Notes: generated from the sequence alone by a model not told the origin. Shown: positions 9,353-19,782, counted from the first letter of the stretch. The stretch: DNA of 64,000 nt from Candidatus Bathyarchaeia archaeon (GCA_049512935.1 JBEKWR010000008.1:1-64000), one strand, 5' to 3'. Program-made: numbers and translations.

Positions 9353-10675
9353 GTGAAGATGTCAGTCGTCACAGGAACCTTAGACTCAGGAAGCATCGCA
9401 TGGGTAATAACCGCAACAGCACTAGTCATGATAATGACCCCCGCATTAGGATTCTTCTACGGCGGTCTAGTACGAAGAAAGAACCTTGTATCAACCATCG
9501 CTCAATGCTTCATAATATTCGCAGTCATAAGCATAGTCTGGGCCCTGTGGGGTTACATGCTCGTCTTCGGAACCTCACGCGACGGCCTAATCGGGTTCAA
9601 CCCAAGCCTACTAGGCCTAAACGGCTTAAGCATAAACGCCATTAACACGCAGATTACCCCGAAAGGACAAATCCCTGAACTGCTGTACTTCGCGTTCCAA
9701 CTTAAATTCGCAGCAATCACGCCAGCCCTTATCATAGGCGCATGTGCAGAAAGAATCCGTTTCAAATCGCTCCTTATCTTCATTGTTCTCTGGTCAACCC
9801 TGATTTACGCGCCCATAGCCTGCTGGGTATGGAACCCAGGCGGGTGGCTCAATCACCTCGGCGCAATCGACTTTGCAGGGGGCATAGTTGTGCACATTTC
9901 ATCAGGCATCTCAGCTTTGGCAGCGGCGCTGGTCGTGGGAAGAAGAAAAGGATGCGCTGTCCCAACGCAAAGCCACCCGGGCAATTGGCAAAACCACATG
10001 AAGGCGCTGGATCAAAAACAACCGACAGAATTTAAGCCCACAAACATCCCATATGTGCTCTTAGGCGCGGCGTTGCTGTGGTTCGGCTGGTTCGGCTTCA
10101 ACGCAGGAAGTGCGTTAGCGGCAAATGACTTAGCAGTCTCAGCATTGGTAACCACAAACTTGGCGGCGGCTGCGGCAGCGATAAGTTGGATGCTGGCAGA
10201 CTGGTTCAGGAAGGGAAAGCCATCGGCAATAGGCATGGCTACGGGCGCAGTAGTCGGGCTAGTAGTAATTACGCCTGCTGCGGGCTACGTCAGCGCAGGT
10301 TCGGCTATAATCATCGGCTTGATAGGCGGCATCATCTCTAACTCGGTAGCTAACTGGAGAGCAGGCAGAACCCGAATAGACGATGCGCTAGACGTCTTTG
10401 CATGCCATGGCATTGGCGGCATCTGGGGTTCAATCGCCACAGGCATCTTCGCTTCTGCCGCCATAAACGGTGCAAGCGGGTTGATCTTCGGCAACGTGCA
10501 TCAATTCCTCGTCCAATTGGCGGCGATAGGTGTTGTGGTGCCGTTTGCGTTCTTCGGCTCCTACGCGCTGCTTAAGGTGGTGAACGTGTTTTCGCCGCTG
10601 AGAGTAAGCGAAGAAGCAGAGGACGCAGGCCTGGACATAAGCGAACACGGCGAAGAAGCCTACCAGCTGGACTAG
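9353..10675 (+). CDS. amtB: Ammonium transporter Amt (copy 1)
   Basis: MTPALGFFYGGLVR, DFAGGIVVH, WFGWFGFNAGS, DDALDVFACHG, GLD.SEHGE.AY. Confidence 0.97.
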   Translation: MKMSVVTGTLDSGSIAWVITATALVMIMTPALGFFYGGLVRRKNLVSTIAQCFIIFAVISIVWALWGYMLVFGTSRDGLIGFNPSLLGLNGLSINAINTQITPKGQIPELLYFAFQLKFAAITPALIIGACAERIRFKSLLIFIVLWSTLIYAPIACWVWNPGGWLNHLGAIDFAGGIVVHISSGISALAAALVVGRRKGCAVPTQSHPGNWQNHMKALDQKQPTEFKPTNIPYVLLGAALLWFGWFGFNAGSALAANDLAVSALVTTNLAAAAAAISWMLADWFRKGKPSAIGMATGAVVGLVVITPAAGYVSAGSAIIIGLIGGIISNSVANWRAGRTRIDDALDVFACHGIGGIWGSIATGIFASAAINGASGLIFGNVHQFLVQLAAIGVVVPFAFFGSYALLKVVNVFSPLRVSEEAEDAGLDISEHGEEAYQLD

Positions 10676-10947
10676 GCTAACCAGCCTTTTTCCTTTTTTT
10701 GTTTTAGACAAAATTTTCTCGTTAATGTCCGTTGACAACTTTTCGCTTTATGCCTGTTTTCTTGGACAATTTCATTGTGGTCAGGTTTTTTTTGAATGAC
10801 TGTTTTATGCATATCAAGATTTTAAGGGCTTGATTGGACATTTATCGATATTTATACCTATAATTGACGCATATGCATAGTTTAAATATTAGTTTTGCTA
10901 AGAGGGAACAACAAATAAGCAGTACAGGTGCCAACGAGGGGACAAAC

Positions 10948-12234
10948 GTGGGAGCAGCAGACATAGCATGGGTGTTAATGTCAACAGCGCTTGTGATGCT
11001 GATGACCCCAGCCTTGGCTTTCTTCTACGGCGGCTTAGTCCGAAGAAAAAACCTTGTCTCCACCCTCGTGCAGTGCATGATAATCTTCGCCGTGGTAAGC
11101 CTCGTCTGGTTCTTCTGGGGCTACAGCCTCGTCTATGGACCAAGCGTCGGCGGAGTCATAGGGAACCTGTCAAAAGTCGGGTTAAACAACGTTACCCTGA
11201 ACAGTGTTTACCCTTCCGCGCAATTCATCCCAGAAATCCTTTTCTTCGCGTTCCAGCTTAAATTTGCGGCAATCACGCCTGCGTTGATTCTCGGTGCATG
11301 TGCGGAAAGAATACGTTTCAAATCGCTTCTAATCTTTGTCGTTTTGTGGTCCACCCTGATTTATTCGCCCATTGCTAGTTGGATATGGAACCCAAACGGC
11401 TGGCTCCATGCGCTTGGCGCCTTGGACTTCGCAGGCGGAATGGTTGTGCACGTTGCCGCTGGGGTATCTGCCTTGGCGGCGGCGCTTGTCCTCGGCAGAA
11501 GGCAAGGCTGCGTTTACTGGAAAGACCAGCTTAAATCTTTAGACCGAAAAGGCACCAGCAAAACTGTGCCCATGGGCTCCGAGTTCAAGCCAACCAACAT
11601 CCCCTACGTGATTTTAGGCGCAGGTTCGCTATGGTTCGGCTGGTTTGGCTTTAACGGTGGCAGCGCTCTGGCAGCTAACAGCATCGCGGTCTCCGCGGTT
11701 GTAACAACCAACTTGGCAGCGGCGGCGGCAGCTGTAAGCTGGATGTCCATGGATTGGCTGATTAAAGGAAAACCTTCGGCAGTCGGCATCGCGGTTGGCG
11801 CAGTGTGCGGTTTGGCGGCGATTACGGCGGCTTCAGGATACGTCAGTTTCTGGGCAGCCGTAGTTATCGGGTTAGCTGCGGGAGTAATCTCTAATTTGGT
11901 GGCTAACTGGCGGGCTGGAAGGTCAAGAATTGATGATTCGCTGGATGTTTTCGCTTGCCACGGAATCGGCGGAATAATCGGCGCCGTGTCGATTGGTTTG
12001 TTCGCGACTGCGGCTCTCACTCCTAATGGTGTTACAGGCTTAATTTACGGCAACGTTCACCTGCTTGAGGTACAGCTTCTCGCCGTGGGAGTGGTGTCTG
12101 CCTTCGCGTTCTTCGGCACCTACGCGCTACTCAAAGTGGTTGATCGCTTTTCGCCTCTCAGGGTGAGCCCCAAAGAGGAAGAAGACGGTTTAGACATGAG
12201 CCAGCACGGAGAAGAAGCGTACCATCTGGACTAA
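10948..12234 (+). CDS. amtB: Ammonium transporter Amt (copy 2)
   Basis: Same Amt motifs. Start placed at GTG 10948 (GAGGGG upstream, TATA at 10881); start uncertain. Confidence 0.95.
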   Translation: MGAADIAWVLMSTALVMLMTPALAFFYGGLVRRKNLVSTLVQCMIIFAVVSLVWFFWGYSLVYGPSVGGVIGNLSKVGLNNVTLNSVYPSAQFIPEILFFAFQLKFAAITPALILGACAERIRFKSLLIFVVLWSTLIYSPIASWIWNPNGWLHALGALDFAGGMVVHVAAGVSALAAALVLGRRQGCVYWKDQLKSLDRKGTSKTVPMGSEFKPTNIPYVILGAGSLWFGWFGFNGGSALAANSIAVSAVVTTNLAAAAAAVSWMSMDWLIKGKPSAVGIAVGAVCGLAAITAASGYVSFWAAVVIGLAAGVISNLVANWRAGRSRIDDSLDVFACHGIGGIIGAVSIGLFATAALTPNGVTGLIYGNVHLLEVQLLAVGVVSAFAFFGTYALLKVVDRFSPLRVSPKEEEDGLDMSQHGEEAYHLD

Positions 12235-12310
12235 GAAACAGGTTCAAAAGAGCCCACGGGCAAGAACATTTCTTTTTCCTCATCTTTTTGGTTTCGGCAA
12301 AAATTTTTGT

Positions 12311-12365
12311 TGTCAAGAAACGTTGACTGAAGTTAGTCAAGAAATTTTTACGAATAGTCTTTTAT
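12311..12365 (+). promoter_or_regulatory. Tandem GTCAAG-N4-(C/G)TTGAC operator plus TATA (site 2)
   Basis: TGTCAAGAAACGTTGACT at 12311, AGTCAAGAAA at 12335, TTTAT at 12361. Confidence 0.8.
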
Positions 12366-12390
12366 CGGAAGTAATTTGTTAGAGTTACTT

Positions 12391-13626
12391 ATGAGCTGCA
12401 AAGGTGAGACTTTCGCTTTGTTGCTTGTTGCCTTGTTCATAGCATCTTTAGTCATAGTACCGCATGCAGAAGCTAAAGCCCAAACCAGAACCCTTGTTGT
12501 TCCCGACCAGTACCCAACCATCCAAGACGCCATAGACAATGCAAGTGCAGGAGACAAAATCTTTGTGAAAGAAGGAACCTACAATTTAACAGCCCTTTAT
12601 ATTTACAAGCCCTTGTCGCTAATCGGTGAAAGCAATAAGAACACCATTCTATCAGGAATAAGACCGACTCAAGGCTCAGAGACAACGATTTATATTTCAT
12701 CTGACACCGCCAACGTTTTAATCACTGGTTTCACGATAAAAGATGGTTTCACCGCAATAGAAGTAGACGGAAATCACTGCAAAGTCACGGGAAATATCAT
12801 ACAAAACAATAACTACGGAATTCTAGTGGATGGCGGAAACTTTATTCAGATTGTAAATAATAAAATATCAAATAATTACATGGGAGTTATCGCTGACTCA
12901 AATAATAGTCTGGTTTCACAGAACTATATTGCCCTAAGTGAGGAGAATGCCATATCGGTTGCAGGGTACGGGCTAACTATCAATGGCAATACTATTACTG
13001 GAAATGGGTTCTACCCGTTTTTTAAGGAATCCAACGGTGCCTTAGGGTTAAGTGTAGTTGACTCTGAAGTCTATTCAAACATAATAGCAAACAATCAAGG
13101 GTTTGGCATTCGAATAGCAGGATGTTCAAACACCCTAATACATGACAACACAATAGAAAATAACTCAAACGGCGTTGAACTGCCAAATTATTCTCTGGTA
13201 AATGGCAGCTTGGGGGCAGGCAACAAAGTTTTCAGAAATAACTTGTTGAATAACCAGCCGCAAGTTTTTATTAGTTCAAATTTCGCTTCTGGCACCATTT
13301 CTTCTAACCAAGTAAGTGGTACTGACATGGTTTCATGGGATAACGGCAAAGTCGGCAACTACTGGAGCGACTACCAATCGAAATACCCGAACGCAACTGA
13401 AGTTGATGCTTCAGGAGTAGGAAACACCCCGTACGTCATTAACCAAAACAACATTGACCATCATCCGCTTACTCAACAAGTCGATATTTCTTCCTCCTCA
13501 GCACCTGCCTCACCTTCGATACTGCCGTTTGCAATTATTGCCGTTGCCATAGTCGTGTTAGTCGTTATCGTTACTTCGCTTTTGCTTCTTTACAGAAGGC
13601 ATCGAAAGACTGCTGCATCAGCATAA
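12391..13626 (+). CDS. Secreted NosD/CASH beta-helix surface protein
   Basis: Signal peptide, VPDQYPTIQDAIDNA..GD.I.V..GTY, WDNGKVGNYWSDY, D..PL, C-terminal TM. Confidence 0.88.
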   Translation: MSCKGETFALLLVALFIASLVIVPHAEAKAQTRTLVVPDQYPTIQDAIDNASAGDKIFVKEGTYNLTALYIYKPLSLIGESNKNTILSGIRPTQGSETTIYISSDTANVLITGFTIKDGFTAIEVDGNHCKVTGNIIQNNNYGILVDGGNFIQIVNNKISNNYMGVIADSNNSLVSQNYIALSEENAISVAGYGLTINGNTITGNGFYPFFKESNGALGLSVVDSEVYSNIIANNQGFGIRIAGCSNTLIHDNTIENNSNGVELPNYSLVNGSLGAGNKVFRNNLLNNQPQVFISSNFASGTISSNQVSGTDMVSWDNGKVGNYWSDYQSKYPNATEVDASGVGNTPYVINQNNIDHHPLTQQVDISSSSAPASPSILPFAIIAVAIVVLVVIVTSLLLLYRRHRKTAASA

Positions 13627-13672
13627 TCAGATCTTTTTCTCAGGTTGGGGGTATAGTCGCCTCTGCCATGTT

Positions 13673-13738
13673 AGTCAAGAAACCTTGACTAAACTTGCGG
13701 CTTCGTAGTCAAGAAACGTTGACAAGAACCGTTTTTAA
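13673..13738 (+). promoter_or_regulatory. Tandem AGTCAAG-N4-CTTGACT operator plus TATA (site 3)
   Basis: Units at 13673 and 13707 (34 bp apart), TTTAA at 13734. Confidence 0.8.
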
Positions 13739-13821
13739 TGGGTGCGGGGCATTGGGCGTTGTCTTTGCAAACGCTTATGAGCGCTCGGATACATATGGAT
13801 GGAAAGCGGAAGAGTGGATGC

Positions 13822-15447
13822 ATGAGGCAGCGAACTATTCTCTGCGTAGTGGTCGCGCTCATAGTCGCTGTTTACTTTGTCAGCGTAGATTACGTTCAGC
13901 CCGCCAACAGCTGCTTCGGTCCCTGCATAACGGCGAACATAAACAAAACGCAAGTTGACATTAACGAAACTGTCACGGTAACGGGGCAAGCGTGCCCTGC
14001 AGCCCAAAACCTGACAATAAGAGTAATCTTCACCAGGCCCGATTACACCTACATAGAACAAGATGTATTAACTGACCCGAAAACAGGCAATTTCACGGTT
14101 TATCAAAAACTCGACATGGTCGGCTACTGGAACATATTCGCAATAAACGGCGCAATCACCGACAGATTATTCGCGCAGGTAACTGATCCCTCAAATCCGA
14201 AAGCCACACCACCACTCTCAGAAATAATGAACGCCAGCAAGCCCGACTATACAGTATGGGGCGTTACTGGCGTCCTGTTAGGCTTAGGCGTGGCGGCGGT
14301 TATTTATGGATTCAGAAATAAGACCATGAAAATCAGCTCGTTCAGACTACTGTTTCAGATAGGTTTATTGTTTCTAATTTTCTTCGGCATCTTCGTTGAC
14401 CACGTGTACCTTCCTATACCTGCAGCCGAGATTTCACCGCACGCGGATTCAATTTCAACCAACGTGCTTGGCGTATCTATGCCTGATGGAATTCCAGCAC
14501 CCTTCTTCGCTTGCTATTATCCTTGCGGAGGAACCGTAACTTGCGCACTTTGGCAAATTCAAGCTTATATTTACCCCTTCTTTGATGTAGGTCATGGCTG
14601 GGGCGTACAATACACCTCTACGGGCCTTGAAAGGTTAGCTATAGTTTTTGGAATATTAATTTTGGCGGCGGTTGTTCTTGGCAGGCTGTTTTGCGGGTGG
14701 GTTTGCCCCTTCGGTTTGTATTTGGATCTGATAACGCGGTTAAGAAAATTCCTAAAAATCAAACGAAGGAGCATTCCAAGTAAGTATAACGACCAACTTC
14801 ACCAGTTAAGCTATGTGCTCTTGGCGGCTGTAATCATAATTTGTGTACTTTTTGGTTCACAAGCAATTGCGGGGACCCAACTTATCGCAGGAACCCAAAA
14901 AGGAGGACCAGTCTGGGATTACTTTTCGTCGCCGTTTTGTCAAGTTTGCCCCATGAAGCCATTTTGCATATTAGCGTGGACTGGCATGGGCTTAATGAAG
15001 CCATCATGGATAGTTCAGACCACCACGGGCCAATTTTATCAACTTGGATTCTACATAACATCCATGAACCTGATTATCCTCGGAGTTGTTACTGCCGCAG
15101 CTTTCTTTTTTAGGCGCTCATGGTGCAGAATCTGCCCTCTTGGAGGCTTAATGGCTCTGTTTAACAGGTTTCCACCGTTCAAGTGGGTTTCAGGTGTTCG
15201 TCTAAACAAGAATGAGGAGAAATGCAGTAAATGCGGAATCTGCAAACGTGTTTGCCCAACTCAAGGGAAAAATGTTTATGAACAGAAAAGCGGGGATGTG
15301 GCTTCTTCACAGTGCATTTGGTGTTTGCGCTGCGTAGAAATGTGCCCTAACAAAGATTGCTTGCAGTTCAAGTTCGCGGGAAAGACGGTTTGTAAATCGA
15401 GGAATTGGCTTGCAAGTTCAAGTAACGGTAAGGTGGATAATGAATGA
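13822..15447 (+). CDS. Membrane polyferredoxin (NapH/NosR/YccM-like 4Fe-4S binding protein) with N-terminal secreted Ig-like domain
   Basis: GRLFCGWVCPFG, FCQVCP, RSWCRICPLG, two CxxCxxCxxxCP motifs. Start set to MRQRTIL. Confidence 0.88.
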   Translation: MRQRTILCVVVALIVAVYFVSVDYVQPANSCFGPCITANINKTQVDINETVTVTGQACPAAQNLTIRVIFTRPDYTYIEQDVLTDPKTGNFTVYQKLDMVGYWNIFAINGAITDRLFAQVTDPSNPKATPPLSEIMNASKPDYTVWGVTGVLLGLGVAAVIYGFRNKTMKISSFRLLFQIGLLFLIFFGIFVDHVYLPIPAAEISPHADSISTNVLGVSMPDGIPAPFFACYYPCGGTVTCALWQIQAYIYPFFDVGHGWGVQYTSTGLERLAIVFGILILAAVVLGRLFCGWVCPFGLYLDLITRLRKFLKIKRRSIPSKYNDQLHQLSYVLLAAVIIICVLFGSQAIAGTQLIAGTQKGGPVWDYFSSPFCQVCPMKPFCILAWTGMGLMKPSWIVQTTTGQFYQLGFYITSMNLIILGVVTAAAFFFRRSWCRICPLGGLMALFNRFPPFKWVSGVRLNKNEEKCSKCGICKRVCPTQGKNVYEQKSGDVASSQCIWCLRCVEMCPNKDCLQFKFAGKTVCKSRNWLASSSNGKVDNE

Positions 15448-16502
15448 AAACGATGAAAATGAGGAAACTAGCGGTTTTTGTGGTTCTTTTCTTGGTCACT
15501 TCGGGAGTGTTTGCGGTTGTTAGGTCTGCCTCCGCGCAGGCGACGTTGCCGACGATTCTTATTCAGCCTGACGGCGCCGTTTCCCCAGCTTCCGAGCCGA
15601 TCCAGCGAAGCGGCAACACCTACACTTTCACGGGCAACGTTTACGGAGCCATAGACATTTTGAGAAGTAACGTGGTTCTTGACGGCGCAGGCTACACGCT
15701 CTCAGGCTCTTTCAGCGGCAACTCAACGGACATCTGGGTCGTCGGAACTGGACCTAACCCTAACACGCTGGATTACTACACGATAGGCGTGGATTTAGGC
15801 AACAAAAGCGTCGACGGCGTGACTATTGAAAACTTGAACGTTGAAAACTTCAGCATCGGCATGTACGTTTGGACACGGAACAACACCGTGGACGGCAACG
15901 CTATTTCAGGCTGCATCGTCGGCTTGCTCATGTCAGGCTCAAACTCCACCATAACAGGGAACTACCTCACTGGCAATATTGAAGCGCTCTTCTTCGGGTT
16001 CAACGCGCCTTCAGGCCAGTTCCCGCCTGACATGGTGGTCTACGACAACGCTTTCGTGAAAAACAACGTGCAGATAAGCGGCTGCCAATGCAAAGCGTAC
16101 AACCTCTCTGAGACTCCGCATTACTGGGACAACGGGAAAGTGGGAAACTACTGGAGCAACTACAACGGCACCAGCTCGAACCACGACGGCATCGGAACCA
16201 CGCCCTACGTGATCGACGTTTTGGATGAGGATCGCTTTCCGCTCATGCAGATCCCCGTGAAACCGCCCGTTCCAGCTTCAAAACAGCCCCTTCCCCTTGA
16301 AGCGATAGCCGTAGCTGTTTTGGTGCCTGTGGCGTTGGCTGGAGCCGCCGTGGTTGCCTTTAAGCAGTCGCGAAAGAGCAGGTTACGTGAACCCGCAAAA
16401 AACTATGACAGCAGTTTATCTTTGAACGCTAAAACGGTTATGGCTTGCCTGAACAAGGCAATAAAAAGCCAGTCAAACACGAGAGAGGAGGGAAGAACAT
16501 GA
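15444..16502 (+). CDS. Secreted NosD-like beta-helix protein
   Basis: Signal peptide, I.IQPDG.V.P...PIQR.GNTYTFTG, WDNGKVGNYWSNY, TM near the C-terminus. Confidence 0.85.
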   Translation: MKTMKMRKLAVFVVLFLVTSGVFAVVRSASAQATLPTILIQPDGAVSPASEPIQRSGNTYTFTGNVYGAIDILRSNVVLDGAGYTLSGSFSGNSTDIWVVGTGPNPNTLDYYTIGVDLGNKSVDGVTIENLNVENFSIGMYVWTRNNTVDGNAISGCIVGLLMSGSNSTITGNYLTGNIEALFFGFNAPSGQFPPDMVVYDNAFVKNNVQISGCQCKAYNLSETPHYWDNGKVGNYWSNYNGTSSNHDGIGTTPYVIDVLDEDRFPLMQIPVKPPVPASKQPLPLEAIAVAVLVPVALAGAAVVAFKQSRKSRLREPAKNYDSSLSLNAKTVMACLNKAIKSQSNTREEGRT

Positions 16503-17002
16503 ACAAGAGACTATTAGGTTTAACAGTTGTGGTAATCGTCGTTTTGGCTTCGGCAGCGGCTTATCTATCGATGTCCTCCGTGTTGACGCTGAACCAAAAC
16601 CAGCGTGCTCCGCAAGTGCTTGATTTCACCGTGACTGGAACGAACAGTTGCTTGAGGTTTTTGGAAGCAAACGTTTCATTGTGCTATGTGCCGTTCACTG
16701 TCGGCGCGAATGAGAATTGGCAGTTGACGATAAACTGCACGCAGATGCCAGGCGGCGCCAGCGGCTGGACTGACCTTTTCATTTACAAGGGGTACTGGGA
16801 TAACGGCACGGACTACAAGTGCACGGCACAGGAAACCTATCCGATTCTAGCCAACATACAGGCTACAAACTCGGAAATCCACGGGAACAGCGCCTTTTCA
16901 GAAACCTTCAACGGAACAGCCACCACGCAAAGCTACACCGTCTTCTTCGTTTTCCCAAACGGCGGACAAGGAACCTTCCACGTGACCTACAAGCAGGTCT
17001 AA
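16499..17002 (+). CDS. Secreted/membrane-anchored hypothetical protein with four Cys
   Basis: MNKRLLGL.. signal anchor, GGAGG upstream, ATGA overlap with the previous stop. Confidence 0.75.
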   Translation: MNKRLLGLTVVVIVVLASAAAYLSMSSVLTLNQNQRAPQVLDFTVTGTNSCLRFLEANVSLCYVPFTVGANENWQLTINCTQMPGGASGWTDLFIYKGYWDNGTDYKCTAQETYPILANIQATNSEIHGNSAFSETFNGTATTQSYTVFFVFPNGGQGTFHVTYKQV

Positions 17003-17096
17003 ATAGCCAAAGAAGCGTGCTTTGGAAAACCGTGGGGGATTCCTCAGCGCTACTTTTTTATCCTCACTTTCGATGATACATTTTTGAGGTTTCAAA

Positions 17097-17672
17097 ATGA
17101 AGGTTGTTGCTTTTAACGGGAGCGCGCGGAAAGACGGAAACACCGCCGTGCTTCTGAAACGGGTTCTTAGCCGTCTTGAAGAGGAAGGCATAGAAACCGA
17201 GTTGATTCAGCTTGCAGGAGAGCAAATCCACGGATGCACCGCCTGCAGGGCATGCTTTGAAACGAAGAATCAACGCTGCATAATCACAACTGACAACGTG
17301 AACGTTTACATCCAGAAGATGCTTGAGGCTGACGGAATAATTCTTGGTTCGCCAACGTACTTCGCCATGATGTCGCCTGAAATGAAGGCGCTCATCGACC
17401 GGGCTGGATTCGTGTGCAGAGCCACGCCTGACGTGTTGAAATACAAGGTCGGCGCCGCGGTAGCCGTTGCCAGGCGCGCTGGAGCCATGACGACGTTTGA
17501 CGCGATAAACCATTTCTTCCTCATCAACCAGATGATCATCCCAGGCTCGTCATACTGGAACATCGGCATCGCAAATAAGAAAGGCGAAATCGACAAGGAC
17601 GAGGAAGCCCTGAAAACCATGGATGACCTAGGCAGGAACATGGCGTGGCTAATCAAGAAAATAAAAGCCTAA
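17097..17672 (+). CDS. Iron-sulfur flavoprotein (Isf) / NADPH-dependent FMN reductase family
   Basis: NGSARKDGNT, CTACRAC......RC, LGSPTYF, KALIDR. Confidence 0.9.
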   Translation: MKVVAFNGSARKDGNTAVLLKRVLSRLEEEGIETELIQLAGEQIHGCTACRACFETKNQRCIITTDNVNVYIQKMLEADGIILGSPTYFAMMSPEMKALIDRAGFVCRATPDVLKYKVGAAVAVARRAGAMTTFDAINHFFLINQMIIPGSSYWNIGIANKKGEIDKDEEALKTMDDLGRNMAWLIKKIKA

Positions 17673-17679
17673 GCGGCTA

Positions 17680-18354
17680 CTACATATTTAATTCGATGCC
17701 AGGAATCTTCCATTTCTCGTAGAGATAGTCAAACACCTTAGCCATTGCGGTTATCCAAACTAAGTATATGGCGCCTATCACAATCCAAACGGGCAGCACG
17801 ATATAGTATATTCCAGTTATCTCCACTCCTGCCGCTGTCAAGTCAAATATTCCAACCCAAGCAAGCGCGGAGGAACTTTTCGTCAAAGAGCAGAACTCGT
17901 TCGTCCAAGAGGGGATAACTATTCTGTAAGCTTGGGGAAGAATCACATGCCACAGCGTTTGCGCCTTTGACATTCCCGTCGAAAGGCCTGCATCCATTTG
18001 ATCTCCGTAAACCGCTTCTATGGCACCCTTCATGTAGCCTTTCTGGTAAGCGGCGCTGTTCAACCCGAAAACCAAGAAAGCCAAGAGGTAATGATTAATT
18101 GGAAAATGAACTACTGAAGGTATACCGTAAACGGCTAAAAACAGCTGGACGAAAAGCGGGCTTCCCCTGAAGAGTTCAACGTATACTCCGATGACGCTTC
18201 GGGCAACCCTGTTCCCATAAATGTCCCCTACCGCCAGCAATGTACCTAACAATAAACCAAAAGTGACGCCGAAGGCAGTTATCTCTAAGGTTAACGTGAA
18301 CCCTTGAAGGATTTGCGGAAAGAATTGCAAAATAAACCCAAATTGTCCAAACAT
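17680..18354 (-). CDS. Polar amino-acid ABC permease (HisM-like)
   Basis: YVELFRGSPLFVQLF, EAA-like loop, VILPQA. Confidence 0.9.
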   Translation of the reverse strand: MFGQFGFILQFFPQILQGFTLTLEITAFGVTFGLLLGTLLAVGDIYGNRVARSVIGVYVELFRGSPLFVQLFLAVYGIPSVVHFPINHYLLAFLVFGLNSAAYQKGYMKGAIEAVYGDQMDAGLSTGMSKAQTLWHVILPQAYRIVIPSWTNEFCSLTKSSSALAWVGIFDLTAAGVEITGIYYIVLPVWIVIGAIYLVWITAMAKVFDYLYEKWKIPGIELNM

Positions 18355-18358
18355 TCAG

Positions 18359-19111
18359 CTATTCACGCATCGTCCTTTTGATTATTCTCGTCATGAATTT
18401 TTGCGCTCGTTCGCTATTGGGATTTTTGAAGAAGTGTTCAGGTGTACCAGTTTCTACAATCGTGCCCTGGTCATAAAATATCATTTCTTCCGCTACTTCA
18501 TGGGCAAAGGGCATTTCATGGCTAACGATGAGCATGGTGGTTCCTTCCTTAGCTAAATCACGCAACGTATCAATGACTTCACCCGTCAGTTCCGGGTCTA
18601 AAGCCGATGTCGGCTCATCAAGCAGGATAATATCTGGGTTACGAGCTAGAGCGCGTGCGATGCCTACTCTTTGCTGCTGCCCGCCAGACATCTGAGAAGG
18701 ATACTTGTGGATGCAATCGGTAACGTTCACTTCCTTGAGTGCAGCTAAAGCGCGGTTTCGAGCTTCCTCCTTTGGCAACTTCAGAACGTGCTTAAGCGAC
18801 AACTCCACATTTCCCAAGGCGGTAAGATGCCTGAAAAGGTAAATATGCTGAAAAACAAAGCCAATTCTGGCACGTGCCTTATTTAAATCCACACCCGGCT
18901 TGGTTAAGCATTGTTCTCCAAGGTAGATTTCGCCTGAATCGGGCATCGTTAGCATGGCCATACAACGCAGAAATGTGCTTTTTCCAGAGCCACTTGGCCC
19001 AAAAATCAGTTTTATGTCGCCTTTGCGAATCTGCATTGAAACATGTTTTACTGCTTCTAGTTTTTCATATTTCTTGCAGACGTCCCTTGCTTCCATCACT
19101 ATATCAGTCAT
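18359..19111 (-). CDS. Polar amino-acid ABC ATPase (GlnQ-like)
   Basis: GPSGSGKST, MSGGQQQRVGIARAL, LLDEPTSALDPEL. Confidence 0.95.
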   Translation of the reverse strand: MTDIVMEARDVCKKYEKLEAVKHVSMQIRKGDIKLIFGPSGSGKSTFLRCMAMLTMPDSGEIYLGEQCLTKPGVDLNKARARIGFVFQHIYLFRHLTALGNVELSLKHVLKLPKEEARNRALAALKEVNVTDCIHKYPSQMSGGQQQRVGIARALARNPDIILLDEPTSALDPELTGEVIDTLRDLAKEGTTMLIVSHEMPFAHEVAEEMIFYDQGTIVETGTPEHFFKNPNSERAQKFMTRIIKRTMRE

Positions 19112-19114
19112 TTT

Positions 19115-19765
19115 CTACAACCCCATTTTTTTCCTTCTTCTGCTTCCCCACCTATCAAGCCATTGAGCTATGGGGAAAGTAATCGCAACATAAATCAGAA
19201 GCGTGAATGTGAAAGGTGTTACCAAATTAGAGGTTTGAACTGAAAGTAGTTCTGCTCTTTTCATGATTTCTAAAACTCCAATGACCCAAGCGTACGCTGA
19301 GTCCTTGATTAGTAGAGCATACTCGCTGCCTAAGCCTGGCGTTGAGTAAGTCAAAACTTGGGGGACCATCACATGCCATATGGCTTGCCATTTTGAGAAA
19401 CCGCCCGATTGGGCAGCAATCATCTGTTCGTCGCCAATACCCCGAATGGCTCCCCTAAAAATCTGTGATTGATTAGCGCCACTTCTTAAACCTAAGACAA
19501 AGGCGGCTGTAAAGAAGGGGTTAGCGAAAGGTACAGGAAAGTAGTATCCTAATCCGAAGCAAAACAGCAGCATAAGAACAAGTTCTGGTATTCCTCTGAA
19601 AACTTTCTCGTAAGCATCTACCACAAAGCTTACGTCTTTTTCATACACTCTTATGAATGCAAGCGGTAAGCCAATTGCTAAACCCGCTATAAAAGCTATT
19701 ATTGAAATGGAAAAAGTGAGGGGTAATCCCTCTAAGAGATAGATTAGGGTTTGCCAAACGTCCAA
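19115..19765 (-). CDS. Polar amino-acid ABC permease (HisQ-like)
   Basis: FRGIPELV, FRGAI, LIKDSA. Confidence 0.9.
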   Translation of the reverse strand: MDVWQTLIYLLEGLPLTFSISIIAFIAGLAIGLPLAFIRVYEKDVSFVVDAYEKVFRGIPELVLMLLFCFGLGYYFPVPFANPFFTAAFVLGLRSGANQSQIFRGAIRGIGDEQMIAAQSGGFSKWQAIWHVMVPQVLTYSTPGLGSEYALLIKDSAYAWVIGVLEIMKRAELLSVQTSNLVTPFTFTLLIYVAITFPIAQWLDRWGSRRRKKMGL

Positions 19766-19782
19766 TATTAATCACGCTTTGC

